Positions 14,450 through 27,712 of a DNA stretch of 64,000 bases are shown one piece after another; the first letter of the stretch is position 1; each line of letters starts with the position of its first letter. Under the pieces are notes generated by a model, which made no database searches, was not told the origin of the DNA, and worked only from the letters and a program-made list of their open reading frames with translations. The stretch comes from Harriotta raleighana (taxonomy: Eukaryota): contig JBNZDD010013726.1 of the NCBI GenBank assembly GCA_050575255.1, forward strand, positions 10,950,999 through 11,014,998, in the 5' to 3' direction. The position numbers were made by a program, and so were the translations under genes.

Positions 14450-14730
14450 TGGATAACTGTTCTTCTGGTGAGATTTTAAACCGAGGTCCAGTCTGCCTGT
14501 TCAGGTGGAAGTTGAAGACATTATTCAAACACAGAAGAGAGATTCTCTCTCTCTCTCTCTTGGCCAACATGTTCCCCAAATAAAATTGTTTCTTCACTTC
14601 ATGGCTAATTGTGGGACAATGCTGTGCACAATTTGCTGCCACATTTTCGCCCACAAAACGCACAGTCACTCCGTTTTACAGTAAATTCTGTGAAGTGCCT
14701 TTGGACATCTCAATGACAGAATAAGGCATT
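14450..14730 (+). mobile_element. Older DeuSINE fragment (AmnSINE1/SacSINE1-like body); related piece at ~18410-18495
   Basis: ttaaaccgaggtccagtctgcctgttcaggtgga, then ttgtgggacaatgctgtgcacaatttgctgcc and a tgtgaagtgcctttgga tail. Confidence 0.7.
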
Positions 14731-15038
14731 TGACAGAATAATATCGTTTGCAAGGTTTATCAAATTCAAACAATATGTATATTATTTCACAAACTGCAAG
14801 CAAGCTGATAACGTAATGCAGAGCAAAAATGATCACAATCATAAAATAATCTCAATTTTATTTGCTGAGTTATCAGAAGCATTTTATGTAAACACTGTAT
14901 TAAAAAAGCAAAAAAAAGTTATAAGATATCCAGGGTGACTCATTATTCAAGGATCATAATTAATATTTCTTATTGGAAATACCTGGGATATTGAGTGAGT
15001 TATGTGGGGTGATGGCTTATCTCAGGGGTGAGTTTTAA

Positions 15039-15319
15039 AATAATAATAATCCTTGCATTTGATATAGCTCTTTTTATGTCTTCTCGACATCTCAAAGGGC
15101 TTCACAGAATATACTGTAAATTGTGCACAGCAGTGTCCCACAAAGAGTCATAGATTGAAATGACCAATTTTACTATTGTGGGGATTTTTTGGACAGATTA
15201 TTATTAGGCGTACGTGTGGAGTAAGGAAACTTTCCCAAGGTTTCGCCCTGACCTGCTTGGATTCGAAACACAGGTCTCATGCTTGTAAGGCGAGCGCTCT
15301 AACCACTGAGCTACAGGCC
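15039..15319 (-). mobile_element. tRNA-derived Deu-domain SINE with an internal deletion
   Basis: Same head and tail as the 29971 and 33923 copies; (AAT)n tail; part of the Deu core missing. Confidence 0.9.
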
Positions 15320-16451
15320 GCTTGTCTTACAGTGACCTCTGGTAACTCATAAATGTAGTGAACTGTATCACCTGATCTTATGAAACTGCTTGAAACTGAA
15401 AAAACATAACCAGCTAATCACCTAATTTGTTTTAAAGCCAAGTAAGTGTGTTGTGTCTGATAATTTGCTAGATTAGGGCTGTAGGGTTTCAGCTCAACTT
15501 CACGACTAGAAAAAAATCAAGAGTATCAAGAATTCAATTCATTGAGAATTTAAAACTTTGGAGCTTAGAGGATCAAATTGAGAAGGAGCAAGTTTCACTT
15601 TAGCTCCAGTTTTTCTACGGTTGTGGATATGCCACGCATTGCTATTAAAAAGATAATTAAGCAGGAATGGAATAACAGGTGAGCCAATATGGAACAAGCC
15701 ATTTTCGACTGTTATTCTGTGTCTGTCCTTGAGTGAAGCCATGACTGAAGCCCACCCAGCTTTTTGAACGGTAGTTAATCCACTCTGCCTTCTTCTGTTC
15801 ATTTGTAAGTGGCATTGAAGCCAGAGCACAGAAGGGTTCTTAGCTCATAGGCCCTCCAGTGGAGCCAGCAAACATTGAAAACCATTTGTTGGAGTTTTGG
15901 CCAAAATAATTCATTAGGGCTTCTAAATATTAGGTACAATATTGGTTGTAAAGTGTATGTTTTCTGGCACTTTAGCTGTTTTCAATAAAGAGAATGCATG
16001 TTGGAGGAATCCTTTGGCATTGCCATGGAGCAACTTGGCTGAGAAAGAAAAGGTTGATTCCTGAACCAGAATCGGCAGCCAGTTTTGATTAAAGAACAGC
16101 CGGCAAAATAATGTGCAAATAATGCATATTGTTCTACAGGTTATGCACCTGGGTTTTGAATGTGATGGATACAGAATAATCTCTGCTCCGAAGCGTATTT
16201 TAACAGATGCTCTTGATCTGTGTTATTCCTTCAGACTTGACATGCATTACTGGCATAAGGCCAGATAAACATTGCAATACAGTATTGAGAAAGCCAGTCT
16301 CAGTCCAACTCCCTCTGTGCTTCACTGAGATCCTCTGAAATTCGCAATGTGGAGCTGGGATAGCATTGTATTAGCTCCAGTCTGATAGTTGGACCCAACC
16401 CATAATGTTATGATATACATCCTTATATCTGTTTCATATGTTCAAAGCTTT

Positions 16452-16690
16452 TGATTTACACAATGGGTTATGAGAATGTGGAATATACTACCCCCAGGAG
16501 GCTATAGAGACAAAATCGATTGAGGTGTTTAAAAAGCAGACAGGTACAGTAGATCATTTGGAAGTCAGGTTTTTAAGAGATATGGACAAAGAGGAGGAAA
16601 TGGAATCGGAAGTTCAAATGAACTTTTATAAGATAATAAAATGATGGAGCCAGCTCTATAAACGAAATGGCCAACTACTCTATTGCTGGA
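16452..16690 (+). mobile_element. Decayed CR1 LINE 3' fragment
   Basis: tttacacaatgggttatgagaatgtggaat (FTQxVMRMWN-like), followed by a degenerate 3' UTR ending aaatggcc. Confidence 0.65.
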
Positions 16691-18763
16691 TCGGATTTAC
16701 TTCAGGTATCCAAATTACCTTAGTTAATTTGGATTCAAATCAGACTTAAAAATGAACATTAAAGTTAATGGATATATAAATTTGGAACAAACCTAGAATT
16801 GACTTCCAATTAAGCAAGTGTAAATATTTGACGTGAATTAATTCCAGATTTGGTGCCCATTTAGTCATAGGAAGTAATTTGAGGATATTTAAGATGCAAA
16901 TATAGAGCAGATATTTCCAAGTCATTGATCAGTTTTGCTGGATATTAACATGATGGGATTGATGTAAAGCCATTTACTTTGAATCCAACTGATCTGAATT
17001 TGCTCTTCTTCCCAAAGATAAATAAAGCTATTGACAAGATCTGACGTTGTCGGATTGACTTGAATCAAGTAAGGAGTTTGGGAAAAGTATTTGGAAACTA
17101 TTCTCCCCCATAAGACAAAACAAAATGCCTTGTTTCCTGTCATAAATCCCAAACAGTGATTCAATAGTCTTTCATTCACAGTACATTATACAGCTGTCTC
17201 TATGGTGTAGTATGTATTGTTTGCAGTGTCATCNCAATAGTCTTTCATTCACAGTACATTATACAGCTGTCTCTATGGTGTAGTATGTATTGTTTGCAGA
17301 GAGGAGAAATGAAAGCCGATGACCAATAGGTTTCATGTATGATGTTCGGTTGATACTGATTGGGACCCTGTTGTTTAAATTGTTTGCTTATTATATAAGA
17401 ATGTGATTGAATGAAAGTTGTTATCCAATTGAAGGACGTTATATACATGCAAGTTGTTACCATTGATGATGATGAGCATAAAAATAAACTAGCAAAACTA
17501 GTGATTTTGATTGAAAATGTAGAATTCACTACCTGGATTCTCTGATAGTCATTCCAGTTATAAATAAGATCTCTGGGATGATAACCTGTATGAGGGATGC
17601 TGTATAAATACAATTTGTCGTTGTTGCTGTTAAACAGAGACTTCCGCTAATAATTAGTAAAAGAACAATTTACATTTATAATGCGCATTTCGGGTTATTT
17701 AATCACTTCCTGTGCTCTGTTTATGCCACAGGAAGCCTTTGCAAAGGAAATACAATCAAGGACAAAATGAAGTAAAAGTAGAAATAAAATAATTTTAAGG
17801 AACCATAACATTTTTTTCTGAGTGACCACCTCCACTGTTTATCATTTTATTTGTCCACATCCCATTAAGCGACTTGCATTAAAACAGAATGACTTAAACA
17901 GAATACTCTCACATTTACATCAAAGTGGTCTTGCAGCAACTGGAAAGAAAGATATGTATTAAATAGATGTGCCTTCATGCCCTGGTTTAACCTCCTTCAT
18001 CAAAATAAACAGAATATCCACACTTATACATCATTCTTTACTACCCAAAAAAAGAATCAAAACTGTACACAGTGATATTTTTGTCAAGTGTTTTTGTAAC
18101 TCCCTGTGACCCATATGATAATAAAATCAGATTATTTCCCATGTGAGCATAGCCCAGTCCCATTTACATTCACGCTCTATAAATCTGAGGCAACAGTTTT
18201 AGCTATCAGCAGTGATTGAAAGACTAAAGAGGTAATGAATGTTCTTTATACTGTACTGTAACTCTAAAGATGCTGGTAATGTTGGGAATCAGATACAATG
18301 GATTTACTAATATCTTCATACACAGTGTAGACATATATTTGGAGTCTTATTAAGCATTTCTGTGTGATGAAGACATCAAATCATTCCTGTTCTTTAGAGA
18401 CATTACACTAAGGACCTGTCTGTCTGCTCAGATGGACATTAAAGATCCTATAGCACTATTCAAAAAGAAAAGGATGGTTTCTGCTGGTGTCCAACAATGA
18501 CAGCTTGCTTTTATTGCACCCTTCACGGGGGCTAGTGCTGTGGAGAGCTTAACAGTGACTGAGCTTGTCGTCAACCATTAGATCACAAGATTGATTGAGA
18601 AGAAGAAGAACCTTCCAAATTAAATTGGTTGCTTCATGGCTAATTGTGTTGTGTTTCAGTACTGTGACAGTAACATATTTTATAAGGTTTACTAACCTGG
18701 TTCTAAGCCATGTAGACTACCCACCCTTTGACAGTACTGCATTTGGATTTCCCATTATACAGT

Positions 18764-19123
18764 AGACCTGTGGTTAGAACACTCATCTCGCCAGCGAGAG
18801 GCCTGGGTTCAATTCCCCACAATGCAAAACATTGGACAACTTTCCTTACTCCACACACCTCTGTTTACCCAGCAATAAGTAGGAATCCGGATGTTTAAAG
18901 TCGATTGGCGGATCACTTTTCCGGGATAATAATTCTTTCAACAAAATAAAAAATTGGTCATTTCAATTCAACAGCTGTGTGTGGGATACTGTTGTTTGCA
19001 GTTGGCTGCCATGTTTCACCCACAAAATATACATTCAATTCATTGCACAGTACATTCTGTGAAGAATTTCAGACATCTCGAAGACGTGATAAGGCGTTTT
19101 GTCAAATGCTAAGATTATTATTA
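18764..19123 (+). mobile_element. tRNA-derived Deu-domain SINE, longer and more diverged subfamily
   Basis: gtggttagaacac...gggttcaattcc head, Deu-like core, tail ending gattattatta. Confidence 0.85.
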
Positions 19124-21884
19124 CTACAGGGTTTTCTTCATGTTACTGTATATAAGTGCACAGCATGGTTTGGATTGGTAAATGTTATTGAAAAGCAGAG
19201 AATGATCCCTTAATGTCCAAATATTGGTGAAAAATCCAGAAAAGGCTGCTGATATGGCTGCCAGTCCAAATACCCTCTATGTGATATACTCCCAAACTGG
19301 AGTTGGTGCTGTAGAGCTGCTATTATCTTCTGTTGGTTAAAATAATGATGCACATCTGGCTACAGTGTCAGAGCCCCTTCCCTCCTCACACCTTGTAATA
19401 CTCACTTTAGTATTCATTAAAAATCCATTGATGTATTATTTTTGACTGAGGATTACCAAGTGTCTCCTGAAATCTTAAAGCGTTTGGTAATATTGAGTTA
19501 TTTTCTCTGATGTATTCCTAACTGGATCATATTAACTGAATGTATTACAATGACAGGATCTCCGATGCCTGTTAATAACAGCCATGGTGAAAATCATGTT
19601 GTGGTTATGAGGTTATCTTTTGTTAATACATATTAATGCTGTAAATATGTCCGTCCATTCCCCGATCACCTTCAGTCTGTTACATCCCTCGTTGATGAGG
19701 TTAGAAGGGAATTAGGTTGCCAACTCAAGGCAAATTGGGATTGAAAATATGAGAGAGACACATCCTGGATTCACAAAAGTGTCTATGTATCAAATCCTGC
19801 TGGTAACTGGACATATAAACACAATAAAATCTTACATTTGTGAAGCATCTTTCATGTAAGGAGGTCGTCCCAAGGTACGAATCCAGGAATTCTGCTCTGA
19901 TGTGATCTCCTGGGTGTTATCATGCAAACTTCTGGGTTGACGTGATGTCATCCAGTGATTAGCCTGATTTGATATACTTGTGATCCTTCACAAATCCACA
20001 CTTTTGACCCACATTTGGTTGTTGATTGTGGGTTCAACCTCAAAAGGAAGCTATACTCATTTTCCAACACAGTCTTTGCAGTGTGTTTGTGCAGAGAATT
20101 ACCGAGAAATGTCCCAGCAATATAACTTGTGTGTCTCATCAGTTTCCTTGGCAATCTCGTGCATGTAGCTCTCTGAAAATTAAGAAAAACACTATTTGAA
20201 GAAAAAAAGATTGATAAGTATAGCAGAACAAGCATTTGGGGGAAGCTGAAAAGCATATTTTTTTTAAAAACTAGCAAATAATTGGAGACTGTCTAGCCTT
20301 TACCAGATTGTACTATTGATGAACTCTCCATTGAGCAATAATTGCATTCCTTTTTTTTTTACTTCAAGTCTATCATACAAGACAAACACCCCAGCTCCAG
20401 ACAAAATGCCTGAAGGTAGCGAGAAGCGGACAATAGGCTTATTTTTTACTATGTGTTTCTTAAATTGAAAGCAAATCTATTTAGTATTAAAACAATACTA
20501 CATAACAGTTAGAGATGCTGACCTCCAAATGTACCTTTCCATTACCCAACATTGCCGCATAAACAATAGCACACTGTAGGGGGTGGGGGGGTGGTGGGGG
20601 GAGGGGGAATAAATACTACCTTGCTCTACATTTACTCTTATTTATGCAACGTTTTGGAAACCTGGTACAATTCGGAAACGCAGCTTTAATTTTCGGACAG
20701 GTCCTCTGTAAATTCTTCTACAGTCCTAACTCCAGAAAAAAAAACAGCTTCAAGTAAGTCGAGACCGAGTTCATTCGTTTAATTTACGGTCCCTTGACAC
20801 ATCACCCCATCACTTATCGCTTACGAGTATCCAAACCCAGCTGAGATTTCCATGCATTCCACCTGCACATGGCAAGCCCAGAGACAAATTGTTGGGAGGG
20901 AAATGCTCATTCTCTCTCCTCGGAGGGTCGTGACCTAACTCGGGGAAGTATTGGGTCCAGGTTGGCAAAAGCCAAGGCTTGGGGACGCCAGAGTATATTG
21001 CTGGAGTTTAACCAACTAAAACAGCATTGCTTGCCATTGATATTGCTGTCTGGCAAGCTTTCCTGTGGCTTCTCCAGCCAGCTAGGACCACCCTAACCCA
21101 TTAGGGCTTTGGCTTGCAGGGTTAAGAGGAGGCTGAGTGGGTTTGCCCTTCCAGGTGCTGCCGATGAGCCAGGCTCGCTTTGCTGTCGTCAGCAGTGCCC
21201 TGGAGTACAGCTCAGTAAAATCAAACTATGGAGAAATAAAGCAATGAAGCAGTATACCAACTGAGTCTGATCATGAGCTGGGAACACTAGAGTAGATTAC
21301 AAGGTTGTAACTTAATCAGGCAATTCAGACATCATAAACTGTGACAGCTAAGCTTCGATGATCTCTCCAGTCAAGCAAACCAAGAGACTGTGTTGCAGGT
21401 TGAACATGGGCTCAAACACAGTTTCTATTTTCATAATAAATGCAGCTCAGTAGTTTTTGTGTGTTATTTGGAGCTCTCCCATTGGAGTTTGAGCTTTGAT
21501 CCTTATGCCCACCACCGTTGCTATGGCTGCTGATTTATTTCTGTGATACTTGGTCTCACATGAAAGGAAGTATTACTGCAGCCTTGTGAGAGTTGACTTG
21601 GGTTCTAATCAAATTGAGAGCTATATGCTGGGAAATAAGCCTCTATTTTAAAGATACAGATCCTGAGTGTATTGTAAATTATTAACCTGCTCACATGAAG
21701 AACATTTCAAGTGGTCAATAAAAGGAATTGCAGATGCCCTAACCTAAACTATGTAACTAGCAACCAATGAAATGACGACAGAAGCACCTGCAGTGGTAGT
21801 ATTCACACCCATCTGTAATTCCTGCTTCACCCATGTGTTTGCACATCTCAGTGCGAAATTGAGACCTAAATTAAAACCTATAAT

Positions 21885-22060
21885 AATTTGATCATTTCAA
21901 TACACGACTGATTGTAGGACCCTGATGTATGCAATTGGCTGCCGCGTTTCGCCCACAAAAATCTACAGTCGATTCACTCTAGAGTATATCCTGTGAAGCT
22001 CTTTGAGACGTCTGGAAGACAGGAAAAGCACTACATCAAAATTTCAGGATCATTATCAAA
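21885..22060 (+). mobile_element. 5'-truncated Deu SINE (similar stubs at ~13615-13700, 23190-23295, 42925-43040 and 43650-43735 on +, and 49318-49450 on -)
   Basis: gcaattggctgccgcgtttcgcccacaaaa...ctgtgaagctctttgagacgtc matches the SINE 3' half. Confidence 0.8.
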
Positions 22061-23863
22061 ACGCAAGGATTAAATTGTGACTTGTGTTGTGTTAATTATC
22101 ACCAGTTAATGATGTAAGTCAATAAAGGCCGTTAATAATTAACAACTGTAGTGTAGGCTGGCATTGGACTCGAGCGTTGTGACAAAGAGAAAGGGTGTGT
22201 TGAAGTCACACCTGCCCTTCCTTGGACCTTTTTTGATTGATTGATTGACCTGTCAGCCTTAGGCTCCTGATGTCAGTTTAGTTCTGAGTTTCTTTACTGC
22301 GTAAAGCCAGTGACCCACAAACTATGATAGCATCCATTCAGTGTTCACTCCTATCTATGAGCGCACTAACTATGACTATGCCTTCTGCAAATAGAAAATG
22401 AATATATACCCCCTGGTAGTTTAAATGAAGTACAGTAGTAAGAAATGTATCTCTTAAGAAGTCCTTTTCTATGTTGTCTCCATTGAGAACCAAGGCGGAT
22501 GCAATCTGTTTCCAACCTGTGATACTGGGGCCCATTAATGAACACTCCCATTAATTGCATTGAGAGGACTGGTACAGTACCTTCTTAGAAATATGTTTGG
22601 TATATTCTGATTTGAATCTCAAGTGTAAGTGACAGAAATACATTTGTGGCATAATTTTTTTTGACAATTGACTTTCCAAACTCCTTTCTGTCAGAAATTT
22701 GCTTTTACCTAAACTCACGACGTTTAGATAATGCAGCGTGACATGCGCAAAATTGAATTCCCCATGTTTTTAACTATTCCAGCTCGTTCTTACCTCTCTA
22801 ATTGATTTGTGTGATTGGAAATTAAGTGGATACGGAAATCAGATATGAATGTGCTGTCGACTTTTCATTATTTCTAGTTTCTTGGTCTAATGGTATTGCC
22901 TATCATTCCTTCAGTCGCAAATAACCAGTTAAAGTGACTTTACTTGCACAATTGCATATTGCTGTTTTGTTGATGCTATGTTTGAACTCCCAGAAGCAAA
23001 GTTGCTTCATTGCCAGTGGTGTAATGATCTCAGCATGAAGCTGAGATTATACTTTGCGCTAAAAACCGCTGTGATTCGTGGCCAACACACCAAAGACATG
23101 AGTTTGTTTTTATCAATGACATCTTAAAGAGCTGCTTCTGTGACATGCTCCTCAAGAACATAAATCGGTTACTCAATCCACCCACGATTGGTTGTGGTAC
23201 ACTGCTGTGTGCAATTGGCTGATGCTGTTCTCCTCAAAGTATACAATCAATTCAATTTACAGAATGTTCTGCAAAGCGCTTTGAGATATCTCCAGTAGAC
23301 TTTATAATTAGTTTATTTCTCTCTCTCTCTCTCTTGCTCTCTTGTTTTATTTTCCTTTGTCATGGGCTGGCGAGATTATTGGAGCCATTCTCAAAGATTT
23401 CACGATAAACAGTAATGTGGGAACTTGTACAAAAGTGTGCTGTGTTTCCTTCATTTTTCTTAATACTGTATATTATACCTACAAAATTAAGACTGTGTTA
23501 TTCCTCAAAATGTTACATCCCTTTTGATCCCCTCAATCTTTTGAACACCCCTATAACTTGTACCACCTTTGACAAGAAACGCATTTCTTGCATACTGCAT
23601 CAACATACTATTATATGTTGACTTGAGAGGTGTTTTTACGCTTGTATGCATTGATGGTAGCATCTCTTTGTACCTCTGCCTCCAATGATTATCAAAGCAG
23701 ACTTTCAAAGTGATTTACTTGGGCATTAAGGAAGGAAAGGAGAAACTCATTTTGAACCATGTTAAATCTATTTTATGTAGAGTATCATCTCTTGCCAGGT
23801 TGCTCCAAGACCCCCAAAAATATCTATGATTCTAACAGTATCTGTTTTTCGATTTCTTTTCAG

Positions 23864-23942
23864 GGTGCTTTTTGCTGACAACTACACAGAGACACACTAT
23901 CTACGTGATGGCAGTGCCATCACAAACACACAGAATCATACG
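23864..23942 (+). CDS. ADAM12: ADAM12 exon ~4, prodomain (VLFADNYTETHYLRDGSAITNTQNHT)
   Basis: tttcag acceptor and gtaagc donor; 79 nt; TETHYLxDG motif of ADAM prodomains; not in the ORF track. Confidence 0.93.
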
Positions 23943-24159
23943 GTAAGCTTACTGAGACTTAGCAATAACAAAACCACACCTCACTAGAGTATCTGAAGAA
24001 GGAATATCTTGGCGTGCACTTACCCAACATATCTCTACACGATGCTCCAATATTACAAACGCATCAAAGGTCAAAATTGACCAGACTGGCTTAATGGAAA
24101 TCAAGAGCAGATAACAGGCGGTGTATCATTAACCAGAATGCGAAGAAAAATCAAATTGA

Positions 24160-24400
24160 GATCTGTGCTGAGTTAGCTGAATGGCAACAGTATGGAGAGC
24201 TGCATGTAAGCCCAGTGACATTTGGGTTAGGGAAGTGGGAAAATCACCCAGGGCTTTTGATGTTGATAGCAACCCACAGACTCCTGGAAACAGGATTGGC
24301 CTCGGCTGTGATGCCTTCTCTCCCAGTTCATTACCCTGACAAAGATCACCATTTGGACACACTACCAATTGGCCACTTGGCCTAGTTCACTGAGGGTGAG
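24160..24400 (+). mobile_element. Old SINE, AmnSINE2-like (family name from memory)
   Basis: tctgtgctgagttagctga...gggttagggaagtgggaaaatcacccaggg...acaggattggcctcggctgtgatgcc...tggccacttgg. Confidence 0.5.
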
Positions 24401-27400
24401 GGGTTCCCATACAAGTGTGCTCCCAGTAGAAAGTTAGAATATCATGGCCTTTTAAATATAAAACAATGCAGGCGGTACTTATTTGACACATCAGCACTGC
24501 GCTTGGTATCCGAAAAGTTCTTGCAATAAATATTTTAAACCGCGGCAGCTGTTTCTCACACATGAAATCAAAGTGAATTTCTATCCGCTTCAGTTAAGGC
24601 AGTTAAGCCTGAGCCCTTAATAGCTTTTAGTCAGTCCAGTGGTCATATCTGACCATATGGTGAATCAGTCTTCGAATGGTCAGTATTCTAACTTCACGGC
24701 GATGATCTTGCAGGTTTGCTTTATAAGCGGAGGGTTTATATAGAGCGCTGGTGACAGCTTGCTGGAGTGTGGATAATTTGCTGATAGTGTCTGGTCTCAG
24801 AGGGGTAGTTGAGGGAAGGAAGAAGTAGTTTCACTTAAAAGCATGAGACTCTCACTGATATATTGCACTTTCAAATACGCATGGTCAGGGGTGGGCTGAT
24901 GAGACATACCCAGAGGAAAGCGAAAAGCAAAAGAACATTACATTAGTATAGTGGACTCTGACCCTCAGCCCTCTGAGAACTGTTGAGTGACTGATCTTCC
25001 ACCAAATCTAAGAAGAATTTAAGAAGAGACAACACTGTTAAAAATAAAAATTAAAAACATTTTTTTTTTTTAAATCGCCTTCACCTGATCAGCAATGTGC
25101 CCATTTCACGACTTGGTTCACTATCTTCCTGCCATTGTGCAATAAAATAACACCAGCAAAAGCCTACGATTTGCTCAGTCCTGTTGGACAATTAAAACTG
25201 AGATTGATTCCCAACTGATGTGTGGCTCCGCAAAGTGGATTTGTGCGGTTCTTCCCCTCAATCCCCCATTTTGTAACTAAACTAGAAAAAATAACAAGTG
25301 CTCAGCAGATTGATCTGCATCTCAAAGTGAATGATGGTTCCTCATGAAAGGTCAGATCAGCAACATTAACCTCGGAATTTACAAGACCAGATCACAGTAT
25401 CGTGGTCCATCCAGTTGGTCCCAAAGGTGTCCAAGGATATCTCTGTGTGGGCAGACACCAACTCCCACCACATAAACAACAATTTCTCCAGGGAATCCCC
25501 TGCATTTCAGGCAAGAGTATACCAGCTTTGGACTTATACTTGATATGTCCCATTGGAGCTCTGAAAGCCATAGACTGTAATAAGAGATAATCTTGAGCCA
25601 GGTTATATTCCCGGTGAACAGAAGTGATAAAGAGTTCAATCTTTGATCCTTCAGATTCTCTCCTGGAAAAAAATATCCTTCATCTTTACTCACAGTCTCT
25701 CTCGCATCAAGCATTTAGTGTTTTAAGAATTGGGGACATCGAGAGCAAATAAGTGACGTTTTACTCCTCTTTCACTTAGCCATCGCTGTTGCTACAGCTT
25801 CCAACGTATCGGTATTATTTTCTTCCTAAAATTAATTCCTTGAAGCCTAACAATGAACATTCAAGCACAGGATGAGAACAAAGAAGCATCTGTGTTTTTA
25901 TACTCAACTCTCTTAAGAAAAAAAGAAATTAGAATCTCATATTAGTTTTGTATGTCATGCAAAATAAAATCCTCAAATCCTCAAGGGGGATTCCATTCTC
26001 TGCTTATTACTTTATCAGCAGGTAAAAAAAAAAGTTGCAGAAAATTAAGATTTCAAACTTTTAATTTCTCTAAGATACAATCCAAAAGATAATTTCTGAT
26101 CAAATCCCAACTCTGCGTACGACAATCTGTCCTCTTAAGGACTCTCTGCTGGTAACTTCTGTTTGGGTCTCTTTTATAGTGCTCGTTTTCATAGTTATTT
26201 CCTGATTTTCTGCTAGTGATTTCCTCCCACATACCAGTGGTCTGAGCCTCAGGAGCCAATGAGGGCGGGTTTTAAATTGAACGGTCACTTGGGGATTCCA
26301 CATAGCCTTCCCACTGGGGAGTTCAATGGTCTATTTTCTAATTGGAACCAGGTGGGACCTGCCATGCGATACCAGTGAAGAATTCCACCGCTTTTAACTC
26401 CCGAATCGAATGTGAACTCGAGGTTTCAGATTGCCCGTTTTCACAGTCCCCAATTTTGTTTCCCCGTAAATGGGGTCTGACTCACCTGCCTGGTTTCTCG
26501 CAATAACTGTGACTTCAGGCTTGCGGGATATCAGATATTCCCAATTCGGGAAGAGCGTATTTTTCGGTCGGCAAAGTTCAGAAAACCCTGTAAGAATTCA
26601 CTGGGGTTTTACCTTTGTTTTAGAATCAGCCAGTGTGGGATTCAACCATTAACCAGCTACACATTTTCACTGCGAATCTCGCAGTCTGGTCATTTCTCAA
26701 ACCAGAAGTGGCAATTCATGCAAGCCGTCCCGTTTTTGAGAATATTGCATTTTAGACCCCACTGGAGGTGAAGTTCCACTTGTGTGGCGTCAGTTTCAAT
26801 GCAGTTTTCATATTAACTCAGGACTAAAAGTGCAGAGTTAATAGGAAAAGTCCGGACTAAAAGTTTTTCCACAAGTGAAAAGCTTGATTCAAATTCGAGT
26901 CCAGCTCATGGAAACCATCAGCTGCAACACAAATCCAGTTACGGTTCAGCCAAATGGAACAAATGTGCCTCCTTAAAGGGTTTTGACTGGTCTGAAAGTT
27001 TTTAATACCATTAGAGAGCCAAACACATTCCAACTATTTAATAACGTTTGAAAGAAAACCCGGCCCTCGCATTGGGTAGCGATGCTGTGCGCACAAGTTA
27101 AGGTATGCCTTTCCAGAGCTGTCTTCAATCCCTGGCTCAAGAGAAATCTGGAACAAGTGAGTATGAATCAGGTTTCCCATTCTGAATTACTGTACCACTG
27201 GAGCAATGCCACACCACATCCAACTGTGTATAAAGGGCATAAAATGAAGCTGACTTAGCATTGTAAGTTTAGAATGTGACACCCACCATCCTAACTTGGA
27301 CATAAATCGCTGTTCTCTTGTGATCGCTAGATCAATTTCCTGGAACTCCCAATTTAACACCTCCATGAGGGGACATTCCCCACAAAAGCCTGCAAGCAGT

Positions 27401-27444
27401 TTAAAAAGAAAGTCTCCCATCACCCTCGTAGGGCAACCAGGGAT

Positions 27445-27712
27445 AATGAAAATCCTTACATTTGATATCGCGCTTTACACGTCTCCTAGACATCTCAAAG
27501 TGCTTCCAAGAATATAATTGTAAAGTGAATTGACTGGATATTTATGGGCAAAATTTGTGGGATGGGCAATAAATGTTACACTGCCAACATCCACAAATCC
27601 TAAGATGTGTTTCACCTACAAATTCAGTCACTGCACTTCACAGTGAATCCGATGAAGAGCTATAAGACGCCTCCGAAAGTGAAAGATGCTATGCCAAATA
27701 CAAGCATTATTT
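27445..27712. mobile_element. Two Deu SINE 3' fragments in opposite orientation
   Basis: Minus-strand tail at 27445-27555 and plus-strand tail at ~27605-27712. Confidence 0.7.

Noticed and set aside
20579-20607. G-quadruplex-capable G-runs (also ~51514-51543, and C-runs at 47342-47370)
   Set aside because: Common in vertebrate introns; no evidence of function from sequence alone.
1-23863. Search for ADAM12 exons 1-3 or a nested gene
   Set aside because: No signal-peptide or LxLExN-type exon and no coherent multi-exon ORF was found by eye on either strand; a small exon could have been missed.
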